The notes under the pieces are model-generated. The model was given only the letters and a program-made list of their open reading frames with translations. It was not told the DNA's origin and did no database searches. A stretch of DNA of 64,000 nt from Octopus vulgaris (taxonomy: Eukaryota), in assembly GCA_951406725.2 (NCBI GenBank), contig OX597828.1:46376001-46440000 (forward strand), read 5' to 3'. Of this stretch, positions 12,513 to 27,065 are shown one piece after another. The number at the start of each line of letters is the position of its first letter. The stretch's first letter is position 1. Made by a program: the position numbers and the translations under genes.

Positions 12513-13389
12513 ATATAACAGAGCCGACATTTTTTATCACAAAATGTTTGTATGTATGTACATGTAGGTGTCTTCAGTATGAATTTAAACTGCACCCGAA
12601 AGTGGGGCCCTTGTACGGGATTTCATAGGTTTTGAGAAGAGCGGAATCAGCTCTTATCTACTATTGTTGACGTATTTATTATAGCCCCAGAATAGTAGCA
12701 TCTGTTGGCGGTCAGGCTATACGTTACATTCTTGTAGTCTAAATCTTTGATGTGCCACTGATTTTATTGGTGAATGCCTTGAAAATGTGTTTCAGTGCTG
12801 TACAGCACTTTATCCAGTCTCAAAAAATGTGAAAGAACTTACTGAGTACAGGAAGTAGAGTTCCTCGGTCACGTGTTGAATTCCGCCATATGTAAACGTA
12901 CTTTCAAGTACAAGTGTTTTCATGCTGGCTAACCAAGAGCATGAAACCAATGGTACTAGACATTTAATGTTGATTCCATTAACGCAATAATTAACACATC
13001 TCCTTATTACATACTCTCTCTCCCTGTTCATTACTAACATGCGTGCTTGCGTGTGCGTCGTGTGTGTGCATACATCTGGGAAAATATAATTACATACAAT
13101 TACAACTACTTATAAATTATTACTCATTTAGTTAAACAAATCGAAAAACGGTTTCTACATTTTAATTACGAGGCCAACATTGGGTGCCTGCAGCTAGTTT
13201 ATATAATTTTGATTATAAATGTATTCTTTATATTATTGCATATTTTAATTAGAATAATATAAATTTCTTTGAGTGCAATATTCGACATCAAATACATTCA
13301 TGCATACACACACACACACGTATATACATACATACATTGCATATTACATGATTTCATAGATACATATATGTAATATTCATACTCACAGA

Positions 13390-13431
<42 letters not shown>

Positions 13432-13567
13432 TTGCATATTATGTAATTCTCTATAAAATTCGTGTGTGTATATATATACATATATATATACATACATCTA
13501 TATATAAATACATATATATATACATATATATATACATACATCTATATATAAATACATATATATATAC

Positions 13568-13606
<39 letters not shown>

Positions 13607-13674
13607 TACATATATATATATACTCTTACATACACAAATATGTATTGCATATTACGTAATTCTCTATAAAGATG

Positions 13675-13706
<32 letters not shown>

Positions 13707-14308
13707 CTCATACACATGTATATGTATCTGGTGAGTTTGTGTGTGTAAATGTGTGTGTGAGTGCGCGTACGTGTGTGTGTGTACGTGTGTGTGTGTATGT
13801 GTGTGTGTGTGTGTGTTTGTGTGTGTGTGTTACAAAATAAAACGATGCAACTTAAGCCGACATTGTGTATGTGAATTAATTAAAATTTATCAAATACACT
13901 GGACAATCGTAAAACGATTATGATATTTTGCATTCAGTTTCTGTAATCCATACTTCAGCCGTCTCACATTTTATGGTCTTATTCTATAGCATAACAACAT
14001 CAAAACAAACACTGCTTGACTTCAGTTTCTGTGGTCTTATGTAAATCTACAGGCATGCTTTCGAGTGTAGGTTTATCTGAGCTTCTTTCTATGTATGTAT
14101 GTATGTATGTATGTATGTATGTATGTATGTACGTACGTATGTATGTATGTATGTATGTACGTATGTATGTATGTATCAAAGTACGTTTGTATGTATGTAT
14201 GTATGTATGTATGTAAGTATTTATGTACGTAATTATGTACGAAGTAGTGCTGAAATATTCCTAGTTTTGGGTAACCAAAAATACAGAAGGATCCGTTAAT
14301 TATGATTA

Positions 14309-15138
14309 CTTACTATAATGTCTGTATCCGTGCCCTTTATATAATATCTTTTTCATTTATGTACTTATTTATTCTATGTTTTTCCCCGTTTCATCATAAG
14401 AATATGTATGTCTTGTGTGTGTGTATATATATATACCTTTATGTATTAGACTGTTTTTATTTGTCTTTAGTTGTCATGTTGCGTGGTAGTGGTGCTGGTG
14501 TCGGGTGTTATTGTTCCTTTCGTGTTTTCTGTTCAGACCAGTTTAGTCTATTATTATGAGTATGGCCTCTGTAATGTGTCTAAGTTTCGGACCTATTCTA
14601 TGCGTTGAATTCCCGTCTTAGAATCACACACTTATTGCAGCGATCCTTCATTTTTTTTCTAGGCCTTGTAAAAGAACTCGGATGGTTGGGCCGCCAACTA
14701 AGCCTTCCGCGACACCCTTAAAGCCATGAAATTTTCAGAACATTCTCGTATGTATGTATGCATGCATGTACGTATGTATTTTTTATGGATCGTGACAGTC
14801 GTTGTGGGTGTTTCATTGTAAAGATACTGTATATACCCCATTATCGTGGTCCCAATATCTGTAGAAGGGCTAGTGGTGTTGTTGATGGTGATATTGGTGA
14901 TGATGGTTACATGTGACGATGTCTTTGTCTTGTGTTAGCCACTCTTTATTTGGTTAACATTCAAAGATAATGTACCATGCCAAAAAAGGGGACACAAATA
15001 TACAATGAATTGCGATAAGGTAATGGAGCTGAGCTTTTGGTGCAGACAATTTAAGGTTCTTATCCACACGGAGAGAGAAAGAGAGAGAGATACACAAACA
15101 CATATTCACACACAAAAACACACATATATTGTATGTAC

Positions 15139-15207
<69 letters not shown>

Positions 15208-15237
15208 CATCATCATTATTATCATTATTATTATTAT

Positions 15238-15268
<31 letters not shown>

Positions 15269-15926
15269 ACGACGACGACGACGACGACGAAGAAGAAGAA
15301 GAAGAAGAAGAAGAAGAAGAAGAAGAAGAAGAAGAAGAAGAAGAAGAAGAAGAAGAAGAAGAAGAAGAAGAAGAAGAAGAAGAAGAAGAAGAAGAAGAAG
15401 AAGAAGAAGAAGAAGAAGAAGAACCCACGGGTCTATAGCATGCGATGTACTAAGGGGTAATGCAGAAACAAGGCAACAAATTAAATTTGGGAGACGGCAT
15501 ATAGAATAGGAGACTGGATCGGTGAAAACTAGCGGGAGCTCAAGGAGGAGGAGAGCTCGTTACCGCTGTACCAACATGCTCAATTAGAGCGTAGACGCTT
15601 GGTTAACAACGTAGATGTTAAGGTATTATCATCGCATAGAATAGGTCCGAAACTTAGACATATTACAGAGGCCATACACATAATAATAGACTAATCTTGT
15701 CTGAACAGAAAACACGAATGAAATAATAACACCCGACACCACCACCACTACCACGCAACATGAAAGCTAAAGACAAATAAAAACAGTCTAATACATAAAG
15801 GTATATATATACACACACACACAAGACATACATATTCTTGTGATGAAACGGGGAAAAACATAGAATAAATAAGTACATAAATGAAAAAGATTATATAAAG
15901 GGCACGGATACAAACATTATAGTAAG
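14309..15926. repeat. about 295-bp inverted repeat (14309-14604 vs 15633-15926)
   Basis: For example TCTAAGTTTCGGACCTATTCTATGCG vs CGCATAGAATAGGTCCGAAACTTAGA; both strands give near-identical pseudo-ORFs (MYLFILCFSPFHHKNMYVL). Confidence 0.9.
15139..15423. repeat. (TTA)n-(AAG)n trinucleotide microsatellite
   Basis: Direct reading. Confidence 0.97.
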
Positions 15927-16235
15927 TAAATCCATACACCTGCACACGAGACACACATCAAAATGCATGGACGCACGTACACATATAAACACACACACAT
16001 ACATGCGACACTGAAAAAACGCAAGAACTTACACCATAGAAAGACAGAGTAGACTAAACAGAACAGAAGGAGACATGTGGAATGGACAGTCGCTGAAGAG
16101 GTCACAGGTGTGTGATGAAAGATTTCCAGACGATGGTCATACAATAAAAATAATGAACGAATATACAGTGCATATGTTTACTTGGCAAGAAAAAACAAAA
16201 ACAATGACCATACCGAAATATAAATAGTATTATCA

Positions 16236-16793
16236 AGTGAGAGAGCAGTGCATGCCATCAAAGTGACACTGGGGTAATATATACGAAACCCAATATACCC
16301 ATCATGACTACCCTTCTGATAAGGGTACACTAGGCACGACATGCGTTACAACCATATGTGCGTGACATGGTGATTTCATGTCAAGATAAACAGCGCATGA
16401 TTTTGCATGTGGGACTCATTTGGAATTTTCTTTAGGTCGAGATGCCCATTCCGCTCAAAATGTCCCTGAATAAGGGTTGTTTAAGGATATTGAATGAAAC
16501 ACCCGTGTTTCCAAAGCTGAATTACTCAAACCCCAAACAATTCTTCTCAACACATTGCTATGATACTCCCCCACTACATTCTACTCGTGATCAGAGAAGC
16601 ACATATTGTCAGCCACTAAGAGACATGCTCAACTGGTTAAGGTCAAACAACTGACAAGCAAATTTGTGGTATTGAGCAAAATATTTGCTGTAGCCCATTT
16701 TGTTATACCAAGACAAAACATGTACATGATAACACTTCCAATCAGTTAAGATCAGAAGCCATAAAAGCCAGTGCCTGGTTCTGCATCAGGGCA
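16236..16793 (-). mobile_element. non-coding interspersed repeat family E associated with (TAA)n
   Basis: Partial copies at 30503-30680 and about 23218-23320; the terminus AGTGAGAGAGCAGTG abuts TTA repeats. Confidence 0.65.
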
Positions 16794-16916
16794 TTATTAT
16801 TGTTGTTCTTTCTGTTCTTATTTTCATATATACTCAAGAGATTAGACTATTGGAAAAGAAAGAAATCCTGTACGGTTACAAGTAACCTTCGATACCAAGA
16901 ACTCTCCTAATAATTC

Positions 16917-16917
<1 letters not shown>

Positions 16918-16988
<71 letters not shown>

Positions 16989-17000
16989 TATTATTATTAA

Positions 17001-17039
<39 letters not shown>

Positions 17040-17191
17040 CATTATTATTATTATTATTATTATTATTAGTACTATTACTATTATTATTATTATTGTTATT
17101 ATTATTATTATTACTATTACTATTACTATTACTATTATTATTATTATTAATATTAATATTATTATTATTACTATTAGTATTATTATTATCA

Positions 17192-17253
<62 letters not shown>

Positions 17254-17279
17254 TATTATTATTATTATTATTATTATTT
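16918..17279. repeat. (TTA)n microsatellite
   Basis: Direct reading. Confidence 0.97.
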
Positions 17280-17299
17280 TAGTGAAGACGAAGAGTGCG

Positions 17300-17800
17300 G
17301 TGCGATTCGATTGTAATAGATATTTTATTGGTTAAACGATATTACAACAGTAAGTCTGTCTTTGGGCAAGTCTAGGGTATTCGTTCGTGATATGGGCAAT
17401 GGTTTCATACACTCTATTGCAGACACGGTACAGCTGGAGACATTATGTATTCCTAAGGTTGATCCTCCAGTTCGTGGACAAAGCTTGGTCCTGTGCTGCC
17501 CGTATAATGCTCTCGGTCTCTTTTATTGGTGTTTCTTTCATAAGACAGTCCCACCTAATTTTTCCAGCAACTCTGTTGTGGCTATATGGAATTGTTTGTG
17601 TACTACTTCTTGCGTAATTCTTCATGTCCTTTTTGTACTTCCTTTGTTTTTCCTTTTTGCTCTGCTTTCAATATTTCCTTTGTTCCTAACTGTCACTAGC
17701 AAGGTTTCTTTATGTTGGGTTAGGTATCTCATTAAAATCTCGTGTTCGATACCTGCGCAGTCTTCCACACTTTTCATCACGGACAAGTGAATTTCGGAAG
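17300..17800 (-). mobile_element. degenerate R4/Dong-like (RLE-type) LINE fragment
   Basis: Minus peptides SVEDC and KETESIIRAAQDQALSTN resemble the post-RT ETE-x-I-x-AAQDQAL-x-TN motif of R4/Dong elements; abuts a TAA array. Confidence 0.6.
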
Positions 17801-17837
17801 AGGGGCCTTGCAATACCAGATAGATGGAATACAGATA

Positions 17838-18139
17838 TGTTTCTTTATTAGCCACACAGGGCTGCACACAGACAGAACAAATTACAAGGTAGAGTTTTTC
17901 TTTAGGGGGTAAAAAAAAAGGGGGTTGGTTTTCGATCAAAAGGGATCGTAAAAGGAAAGAAAGAGGACAAAAAAAGGGGAGGATTTAAAAAAAAGGGGGG
18001 AGAGGAAAAAAAGTTGATCAATGGGGATCGTAATCACAGAAATGTCAATATGAAGCGTAAAGGGGAGGACAGGTGAGGTTTACCCGTGGAAAGAAAAGCC
18101 TACGGAAAAGACCACGGTAACCTCGCTCAATGAAGTCAC
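17838..18139 (-). mobile_element. 5'-truncated retroposon 3' end with 14-bp TSD
   Basis: ATGGAATACAGATA at both 17824-17837 and 18140-18153; minus strand is pyrimidine-rich and ends GCCCTGTGTGGCTAATAAAGAAACA. Confidence 0.75.
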
Positions 18140-18324
18140 ATGGAATACAGATAGATGCAGTACCAGATAGATGGAAGAGCATTGTAGAAAATTGGAAGAG
18201 CATTGTAGATAATTCAGATTTAAAAAGAACTTTGTTTTCTTTATTTATTTAATTATTTATGCGATAACCGAATATATATATGTGTGTGTGCATGTATGCA
18301 TACTATATATATATATATACATCT

Positions 18325-18425
18325 CACGTGATCATGTGACCGACCAGACCATCAGATGTTGTTACACATCGCTGGTCACAATGCGTTCGCATTGTTTTAG
18401 CCTTTGAATGACGCCACCCCGCTGG

Positions 18426-18428
<3 letters not shown>
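18325..18428 (-). mobile_element. isolated SINE C-type tail
   Basis: Reverse complement of 39876-39982. Confidence 0.75.
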
Positions 18429-18476
<48 letters not shown>

Positions 18477-18548
18477 AAATATTAGGGAATTATTACAGGG
18501 AAAAATCAGATTTAGTATTAAATCCATTTTTATAGTAAAATATTATAT

Positions 18549-18987
<439 letters not shown>

Positions 18988-19604
18988 TGTATGTATGTAT
19001 ACATACCCTTTTATGCCAGGAACAAACGTGTTGGTATGATAGAAGGCAGCGAGATACCCACTCTATGGGACTGTAACAACCATGATGGATATTCAGCAAA
19101 CTTCTTGAGAGTTTTCGCCATGAGAGCCACTGTATAAGCAGTGATGCTGAAATGCTCCCGGCTTTCGGGTCATCGCGAATGTCATGATCGGACTTTCAAA
19201 TTTCTGAGTTCTTTTAGAGAATTTTTAGAAGCACATTGCAGGTTTTTCTGAGTTCTGAAGGACTGCTGCAATAAGTGTATGAATCTGAGACAGAATTGAG
19301 TGAAATCATAATTAACTGATCCTCCTGCATTTTCTATTACGCATAGCTTTTCTTTAACCCCTCGTATATATGTATGTATATATATATATATGTGATGCAG
19401 CACGAAATTTTGTCAGTGAGCAGGTTGCGGTTGTGGTAGTGGTGGTATTAGTAGTAGTTTTATATTAAATATAGACAGCAATTTCGCATTTAAGGGGAAA
19501 TTTCTGTGTTAAGGACAAACTAAGTATGTTACTAAGGTGTGAAAACATTCGAGAATCTATGTAGAGAGGGACCATTGTGATATGATGCAGTATATGTCTG
19601 TGTA

Positions 19605-19686
<82 letters not shown>

Positions 19687-19865
19687 CACATGTGTGTGTA
19701 TGTGTGTATGTATGTTTGTATGTAGATAGATAGTTATACATACATACATACAAACATACATACAAAAATAACTTGCTGTTGATGTAAAAATTCCAATGAA
19801 AGAGCCTTGAATCTAGGTTAGAACCCGACTCTTTCTGTATTGGCAAGAATCTTGAAAGAAAATTG

Positions 19866-19932
<67 letters not shown>

Positions 19933-19940
19933 AGTATATA

Positions 19941-19985
<45 letters not shown>

Positions 19986-20823
19986 GCACACGCACACACA
20001 CACACACACACGTGCGTGCACGCGGATACACACGCCTGCAGGCAGACACTCATACGTGTGAGTGTATATTGCTGTATATCTGACTACATATATATTCTTC
20101 ATCCACGAAGGAAATTCCGACGTAGTCCTTCGGTCCCTTCAATAGAAACAGCAGCTAAATTTCCCCTCAAATCACATGCTGTCGTTATGGGAAAGGAAAA
20201 CGTAGGTTTGTTACTACAATCAAAGTCAGCCCTAAAATTTAAAAAAAAAAAAAAAAAAAAAACAAGAAAAAGTTCAAGGTGTCTATGTTTACAGCGTTCT
20301 TTAATCCCCAGCCGGCTGAATAAAGCCTTCCCTGGGCTAGACGGCAGTAGCAACAACAACAGCAACAACACAACAAACAAGAATAAGAAAAAAAAACAAC
20401 AACAACAACATCTAGTATTGTCAGATTTGGATTTTAAAAGTACTTCTATTTATTTAATATGTTGTTCAGCCTGTGTGTCTCCATCAATCATTGTAAAACC
20501 CGTTGACATCTTTAATTTATGGCTAGACTTATGTATGTACGTATGAGTGTGTGTGTATGTGAGTGTGTGTGTGTGAGTGTGTGTGTGTGTGTGAGTGTGT
20601 GTGTGTGTGTGTGTTTGTTTGCGTTCGTGTGCGCATGTGTGCGTGTCTGTGTACTTGTGTGTGTATACATACACGTATACGTATGCATACACGCATGTAT
20701 TGGTACGGGTGCGTATATGTATGTATATATATATATATATACATATTTATACACACACACACATAGAAGTACATGCGTACAGACACACACTTACACACAC
20801 ACATATGTATATAGGTAGGTAGG

Positions 20824-20911
<88 letters not shown>

Positions 20912-20996
20912 GAGCGAGAGAGAGTGAGAGAGAGGGGGGAGACTGAGATAAATAGATACATACATATATACATTTACATGCATGTACATACAAACA

Positions 20997-22264
20997 TATT
21001 AGTTTGTCTGGAAAATTCTGAGCGTTTTTAAGCTAAATCTTTTAACGCTTCATTGAACACACCTGAAAGGTAACACATTTAAAGGTTTCGCGTTGCTTGC
21101 AGTAGTAGTGCATCTCTTCTTTGCTCCTGACTAAAAACAGATTTATCTTTCATTCCGGTTATCCTTTGACATTTGAACTGCATAACTAAAATTTGCATAT
21201 TCTCGTTGTAATGCTTGTCTCTGTTTTGTTTTTTTTTAAGGAGAAAATGCTGCGAAGACTTGCAAAAACATTCGTGAAGTTTATGGTGATGATCCCGTAG
21301 GTGAATCAACTGTTCGAATGTGGTTTGCAAAATTATAAGCTGGAGAGTTTACTTCCAAAGATGACAGTCAAAGTGGTAAACCATAGAAATTGGATGAAGA
21401 TATTTTGAAGCCGAAAATCGTAGAAAACTCAAAATTACGTCTAGAGAACTTAAAGAGGAGTTGGAAGTTTCCAAAAGTACGGCTGATGAAGACCTAGTGA
21501 AGTGAGTATACCTTTCTCGCGATAATGTATGGGTCACTCACAATCTCTCAGGAAAGAATTGCTTCGACTGGTATGCCTTTCGTGATATACTTTTGAAACA
21601 GAATGAGAGCAAGCCCTTTTTGAAACACCTTGTGACTGGAGATGAAAAACGGATTGTGTACGAAAACGTAGAGCCAAAAGATCCTAGAGTATGCGTAAGG
21701 ACCCCCGATAACAGCAACCAAAGACAAATATCCATGTCAAGAAAGCTATGCTTTGTGTTTGATGGGATCTTAAAGGTGTTATTTATAATGAACTTCTCTC
21801 AGAAAACCAAGCCATTAATTTTGATGTGTACTGTTGTCAACTGGCTAATTTGAACCAAAAATTTCAAAGAACTGAGGCCGGGGATTGCCAACAGGGAAGG
21901 AGTAGTGTTCCAACAAGACAAAGCCCGACCACATGTGTTTTTGGCTACATGAACAAAGTTACATGAACTTGGCAGAGATCCCTTACCCCATTCACCATAT
22001 TCTCCGGATATTGTGCTATCCAACAACCACCTGTTTTTGTCTCTACAGAACTCATTGCAAGGAAAAAGAATTAACGATTTAGATGGAGTTAAAATACATA
22101 ACGTTTTTCTTCAAAACCAGTCAAATTCTATTCTTATGCCTGTGAGTTGATATTGCCTGAAACATGAGCAAATATCATTAATAATAATACAAATTTATTC
22201 ATTGAAAAACATTTATTGAAAGGGCAATTATTTTTATTCATTTTTGCGCAGAACATTCCTAATA
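20997..22264 (+). mobile_element. degenerate mariner transposon (about 1.27 kb)
   Basis: Fragments HLVTGDEKRIVYEN, VVFQQDKARPH and HSPYSPDI..NHLF match mariner DDD motifs (TGDEKW, HDNARPH, YSPDLAP); multiple frameshifts; eroded TA-flanked ends. Confidence 0.85.
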
Positions 22265-22937
22265 TTTATGTGTATTTGTATGTGTATGTGTTTGGGTGTA
22301 AATATGTATGTGTACGTGTGTGTGTCTGTTTGGTTGTGGGTATGTGTGTGTACTTGTGTGTGTGTGTGTGTGTATGTGTGTGTGTGTGTGTAAACGTATA
22401 TGAATAATCCTCGCTCACTAGATTGCATGCATTTCTCAGTGATTAGGTAAGATTTATCATACAACATTAGACTGATGACTCTTCGCCATGTCTTTAACTT
22501 CTGCCCTCATGTCTTGTTTTGTTCTTACTGTCCTGTTCTTGTTACCAATTTTACCTCTCCGCGCAAAAAATCTCAAATCTTAATTAGCTTTGCAGGAAGG
22601 ATTGTTTCAACGACGTCGCGTCTTGTCCTTACTTTCGATAGGTGGAGTAGACGAAACAGGGACAACTGAAGAAGGGGAATATTCTTTGTGTTGTATATCT
22701 TGTACGCTGTTCTTTCATTGTTTGAAAAAAAGTTCGTTTCCAAGTTTTTGTTTTTATGTTTTCATTTCTCATTCTGTTCAACGTATTGTTTGATGTCCTG
22801 TACCCATATATGCATGTATATATACATATAGACGTAGGTATGTACATATATGTATGTATATATGCATATATTCATATATTATTTATATTATTATATAATC
22901 GAACGCCGTGCATCCTTTTCCAATTAAGTTTTATCTG

Positions 22938-23075
<138 letters not shown>

Positions 23076-23094
23076 GTGTATGTATATATGTATG

Positions 23095-23125
<31 letters not shown>

Positions 23126-24725
23126 ACACACAGGCACATAACAAGCACACACACATATATGTATACATACACACGCAGACATATATATTTATATATATTT
23201 ATATATTCATATAGATGATACCCTTCTTTTGTACCAAGACAAATCATGCACCTGTTAACACTTCCAATCAGGTAAGATCACTCGCCACCAGAGCCACTAC
23301 CTGATTTTCCATCGTAGCAGTGATGGTATTGCATGACTATACCACTCGACAAATGACCCTCTTCTCGAAGTTGTTGGTTTTGTGTTTAGATTTGCGTCTG
23401 GCGACAAGCTGGATGGGTATAGCGTCAGAAGTTATGCGTTGCGGTATTTCTTCAGGTTCTTTTCTTCCTGATTTGAAATCATTCAGGGGTCATCTTTGCC
23501 TTTCATTATTTTGATGTCGTCCAAGAAATGTTCCTATCAAGATCCTCAATACTATTGACAAATGCCTCCCCAACTAATTTCTGACCCTGTGTCTATATTA
23601 GAAAGTTGCTAATATTATTTTTTGTATAGAGTGTGGGACTATACGCCGTACGTTATTTATTCGACCACTTCACGTTCTCAGAATCAATCCTCCCGAGGTC
23701 GACTCTGCCTTTTAATCCTCCAGTGTTCATAAAACAGAGTAACGTCCAATCCCTAAGGCCTATATTATCAATTACACCCTTACTTTACTACAGACTCCAG
23801 GAATTCTGCCTATATGAGACAGAATTATATGACTGCATCAAATTTTCCCACTCTTTGCTCATTGAAATGCATCATTTATAATATATTATATTCCAAACTT
23901 TAACCCCATGACACTGGTTAAGCAAAAGGCAACACAGAATCGATTAAGACACCACATTTGCTCCGCATGAAGTACGACCTCTTTGGCAAAATTTCTACAG
24001 ATTCCGTATTCTTTTCTACCGTTGGTGGCATATTTGTCAGTCAGTCTTACATTCCACTATTTTACGAGGGTTTATTCTTCGGAACAGTAGATATTACGAA
24101 ACTTATTCCAGATTTTAATCTTTATCGCATTCTAATATATCCATGTAATGGATAACGCCGCAGCAATACACTGGGAGTCTATTTAGTAAAGTGCATATGT
24201 ATACACACATTCATACACACATACATAGATACATACATATACAAATGCATACACACACACACACATATACACACGGTATTTATGTGTATATATACTGTGA
24301 GCATGTATATACATATATATATACGATCTACAAATTTATGTACTGCTGTGCCAATACCAGCAATAAATATGATATCGTACGACTGAGGTGTAGACGGTCA
24401 TGAACAAAGGCATTACTGTAATTAGTTTCATTCCCTTCCCTTCAGAGTTCAAATCCCGATAGAGCTGACTTTGCGTTTCCTCTGCGGTCAATTACGACAA
24501 TATGATATTGCTTTCTAACGCAGAGAGAGAGCGTTTTCTACTCGCCGCTTCACCCTTGATTCTACCAATCTGCTAACATGACGAAGAAAGATATTTTGTG
24601 GGACATTTCAAGAACGTATATGTACTTCAATATTCGAGGCTTTGCTTTTGTGTACTGTGGAGAATTGAGCAATACTCATGCCCTTCGAAGTCTCTGCTTG
24701 ATGGGGGATACTGATTTTCATAAAT

Positions 24726-25220
24726 CAGCGGTTTTCAACCATATTTTACTCGTGGATCCACCTCCACCCTTTGATTCCTATTTCGCTCGGGTGGACCTTC
24801 ATAGTAATTTCATGTTTAAACAATCGTATTATGCTTTTAGAATTAATTATTATTAGGAATTATATGTAAGGAGATGAGCTGGCGGAATCATTAATGCGTC
24901 GGGCGAAATGCTTAGCGGCTCTTCATACGTCTTCACGTTCTGAGTTCAAAATCCGCCAAGGTCGACTTAGCCTTTCATCATTTCAAGGTTGATAAATTTT
25001 CTACCAGTTAAACACTGGGATCGAATTAATGGTCTAGTTGCATCCCTTACCCCAAATTTCAGGCCTTGTGTCTTTAAAAGACAGGATATTTAGGGATTGT
25101 ATATAAAAAAAATGTCAAACCATTTTGTATATTGTAGAATTATAACCAGTTAATTGTAAATAAATTCTAGCAGTAAAATCTTATGTAGATCCCAAGATGG
25201 ACCTCGGTTGAAAACCACTG
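24726..25220. mobile_element. hAT-type MITE with a nested SINE D (about 24876-25085)
   Basis: TIRs CAGCGGTTTTCAACC / GGTTGAAAACCACTG; imperfect 8-bp TSD TCATAAAT / CTATAAAT. Confidence 0.78.
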
Positions 25221-25599
25221 CTATAAATAGTTATTTAGAACCTTTGTAATTCAACTCGTTCTCTAAGGATATGAGAAAGGGTTTTGTAGCGGGGAAGGAA
25301 ATTCTGAGATAGAAGGAAACGGAAGAGCGTAGGGATTAGTGAGGTTGCTCCGATTGGGCTGGAGTAAAAAGGGTGATGAGAGGAAGAGACACAAATGGGA
25401 CGGGAATACTTATGTGAAAATTGAATGATATTAGCAAACAGTGAGGAGTAGGGATCATTATAGCAACAGAAGAATGGGCAGAGATGACGTCAAGCCTATC
25501 CATCTGAGGCTGAATGACTTTCTGCGAATCAATCAAGTGCCTCTTTTCTTATACGGTCTAATGTCCTAGCGCAGGCCGCCGTGGTGATCTCATTCTCGC

Positions 25600-25930
25600 T
25601 CACAACATTATAAGCGGAAAGTGTAACCTCTCGAAAGAGCTGTTCTTCACTCCTGCTCCAGAGTGTCGGCTGCGGGGTCATTCCGAAAAGCTCTACCTGC
25701 GACGATTTCATCTCAATCGAAGGAGAGGAGCTTTCTCCGTCCGGGTTGCGGATCCGTGGAACAAGCTGCCAGACGAGATGGTGAAGATGCCGACGACCGC
25801 TTTGTTCAAAGTCTCCCTTGACCTCAAGTGGCCTGAACTCTTTACATGAACACCACCCTGTACTTAACTCCATGTCCCCCTACATGGCCTTGCTATTTGC
25901 TTTTGAGCCAAAAATTAACTAACTAACTAA
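25600..25930 (+). mobile_element. CR1-type LINE 3' fragment
   Basis: Plus translation LRGHSEKL..RRRGAFSVRVADPWNKLPDEMV..LFKVSLD is the CR1 ORF2 C-terminal RGH/FS-RV-WN-LP signature; ends in (TAAC)n. Confidence 0.8.
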
Positions 25931-26224
25931 AATCGTCCAAAGCGTGAGTGCCTGACTCCATTGTGGACCTCGTTTGAGCTTTATAGAGTATGAATGATTG
26001 TTAGAGGGAGGGCCGTCTTCATAATATAAAGAGAAGGTTCGATCTTTGGGATGCGATTTCAGCTGTTCAAAGGGCATGATCTGAGCTGTGTTAAGGATGT
26101 GGTTCGTCAAAGAAAAAAATACAATGATAGAGAGACATAACAACCAGAATGTTTTTCAAGGCCCTTACTGAATGTCGCTTATAATTAAGAAGACAGAAGT
26201 GAAAACGGGCCATGACCGTGAAGG

Positions 26225-26650
26225 ATTTAGTCAAACAAATCGAAACCAGGACATTTTTTTAAAAATCTGTTAACTCTTCTGTCGGACTATTTTGTCGAAC
26301 CACAATTAACATGGAGGTAAACAAATCAACACCCGTTTCAAGTGTTGAGGTCCAATACATACGCACACGCACACAAACACATAGACGCATACATGCATAC
26401 ATACATACATACATACATACATACATACATACATACATACATACATACATACATACATACATACATACATACATGCACATAAATATATACAGTTTCTGTC
26501 TACCAAATACACTCACAAGAATTTGGTCGATCTTGGGCAAAACATTTGCCCAAGTACTAAACATTTGCCCAAGATGCCGCACAGAGGGACTGAACTCAAA
26601 ACCACAGGTTTTGAAATCGAGCTTTTTAACCAATTAGTCATGCCTGCACT
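26225..26650 (-). mobile_element. SINE A, diverged and internally rearranged
   Basis: CAGTTTCTGTCTACCAAATACACTCACAAG...GGACTGAACTC matches the reverse complement of family A. Confidence 0.7.
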
Positions 26651-26748
26651 TTATTTTCAGTTTTTTTTAATTCTCTTAAGGGTTTCTACCATCAGACTGC
26701 AGCAACGACGTGACATCTTCAAGGGGCTATTAATCGACCTCATGCCTT

Positions 26749-26796
<48 letters not shown>

Positions 26797-26867
26797 CGTC
26801 TGTGTATGTGTGTGTGTATCTGTAGTTGTTTGGGAGAGAGAGAGTGGGGGGGAGGTTCCCTTAGATA

Positions 26868-27065
26868 GACAAGTGGGTGCTGAAAAGTTCCTGGCTTTTT
26901 AGGGTATCAGGAAAAGCTTAGTTTGCAGGGCTTAGAGAACATTATAATCCCTAAAATATGTCTGTGAGTCTGAGAGAGGAATAGGTTGAATAAAATCATA
27001 ATTAACTGATCCTCGTGTATTTTCTTTTACTCGAAAGCTAAGAACCTTACAGCATACCCTCGTAT
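26868..27065. mobile_element. mariner-like MITE
   Basis: GGGTGCTGAAAAGTTCCTGGC ... GCTAAGAACCTTACAGCATACCCTCGTA eroded TIRs; internal ATCATAATTAACTGATCCTC shared with about 19290-19366. Confidence 0.6.

Noticed and set aside
13105-13197. Possible Helitron 3' end (CCAACATTGG..CTAG|T)
   Set aside because: Weak hairpin, with no identifiable 5' TC end or second copy
25290-25575. Possible old LINE fragment on minus (LDRIRKEA..)
   Set aside because: Too degenerate to support by eye
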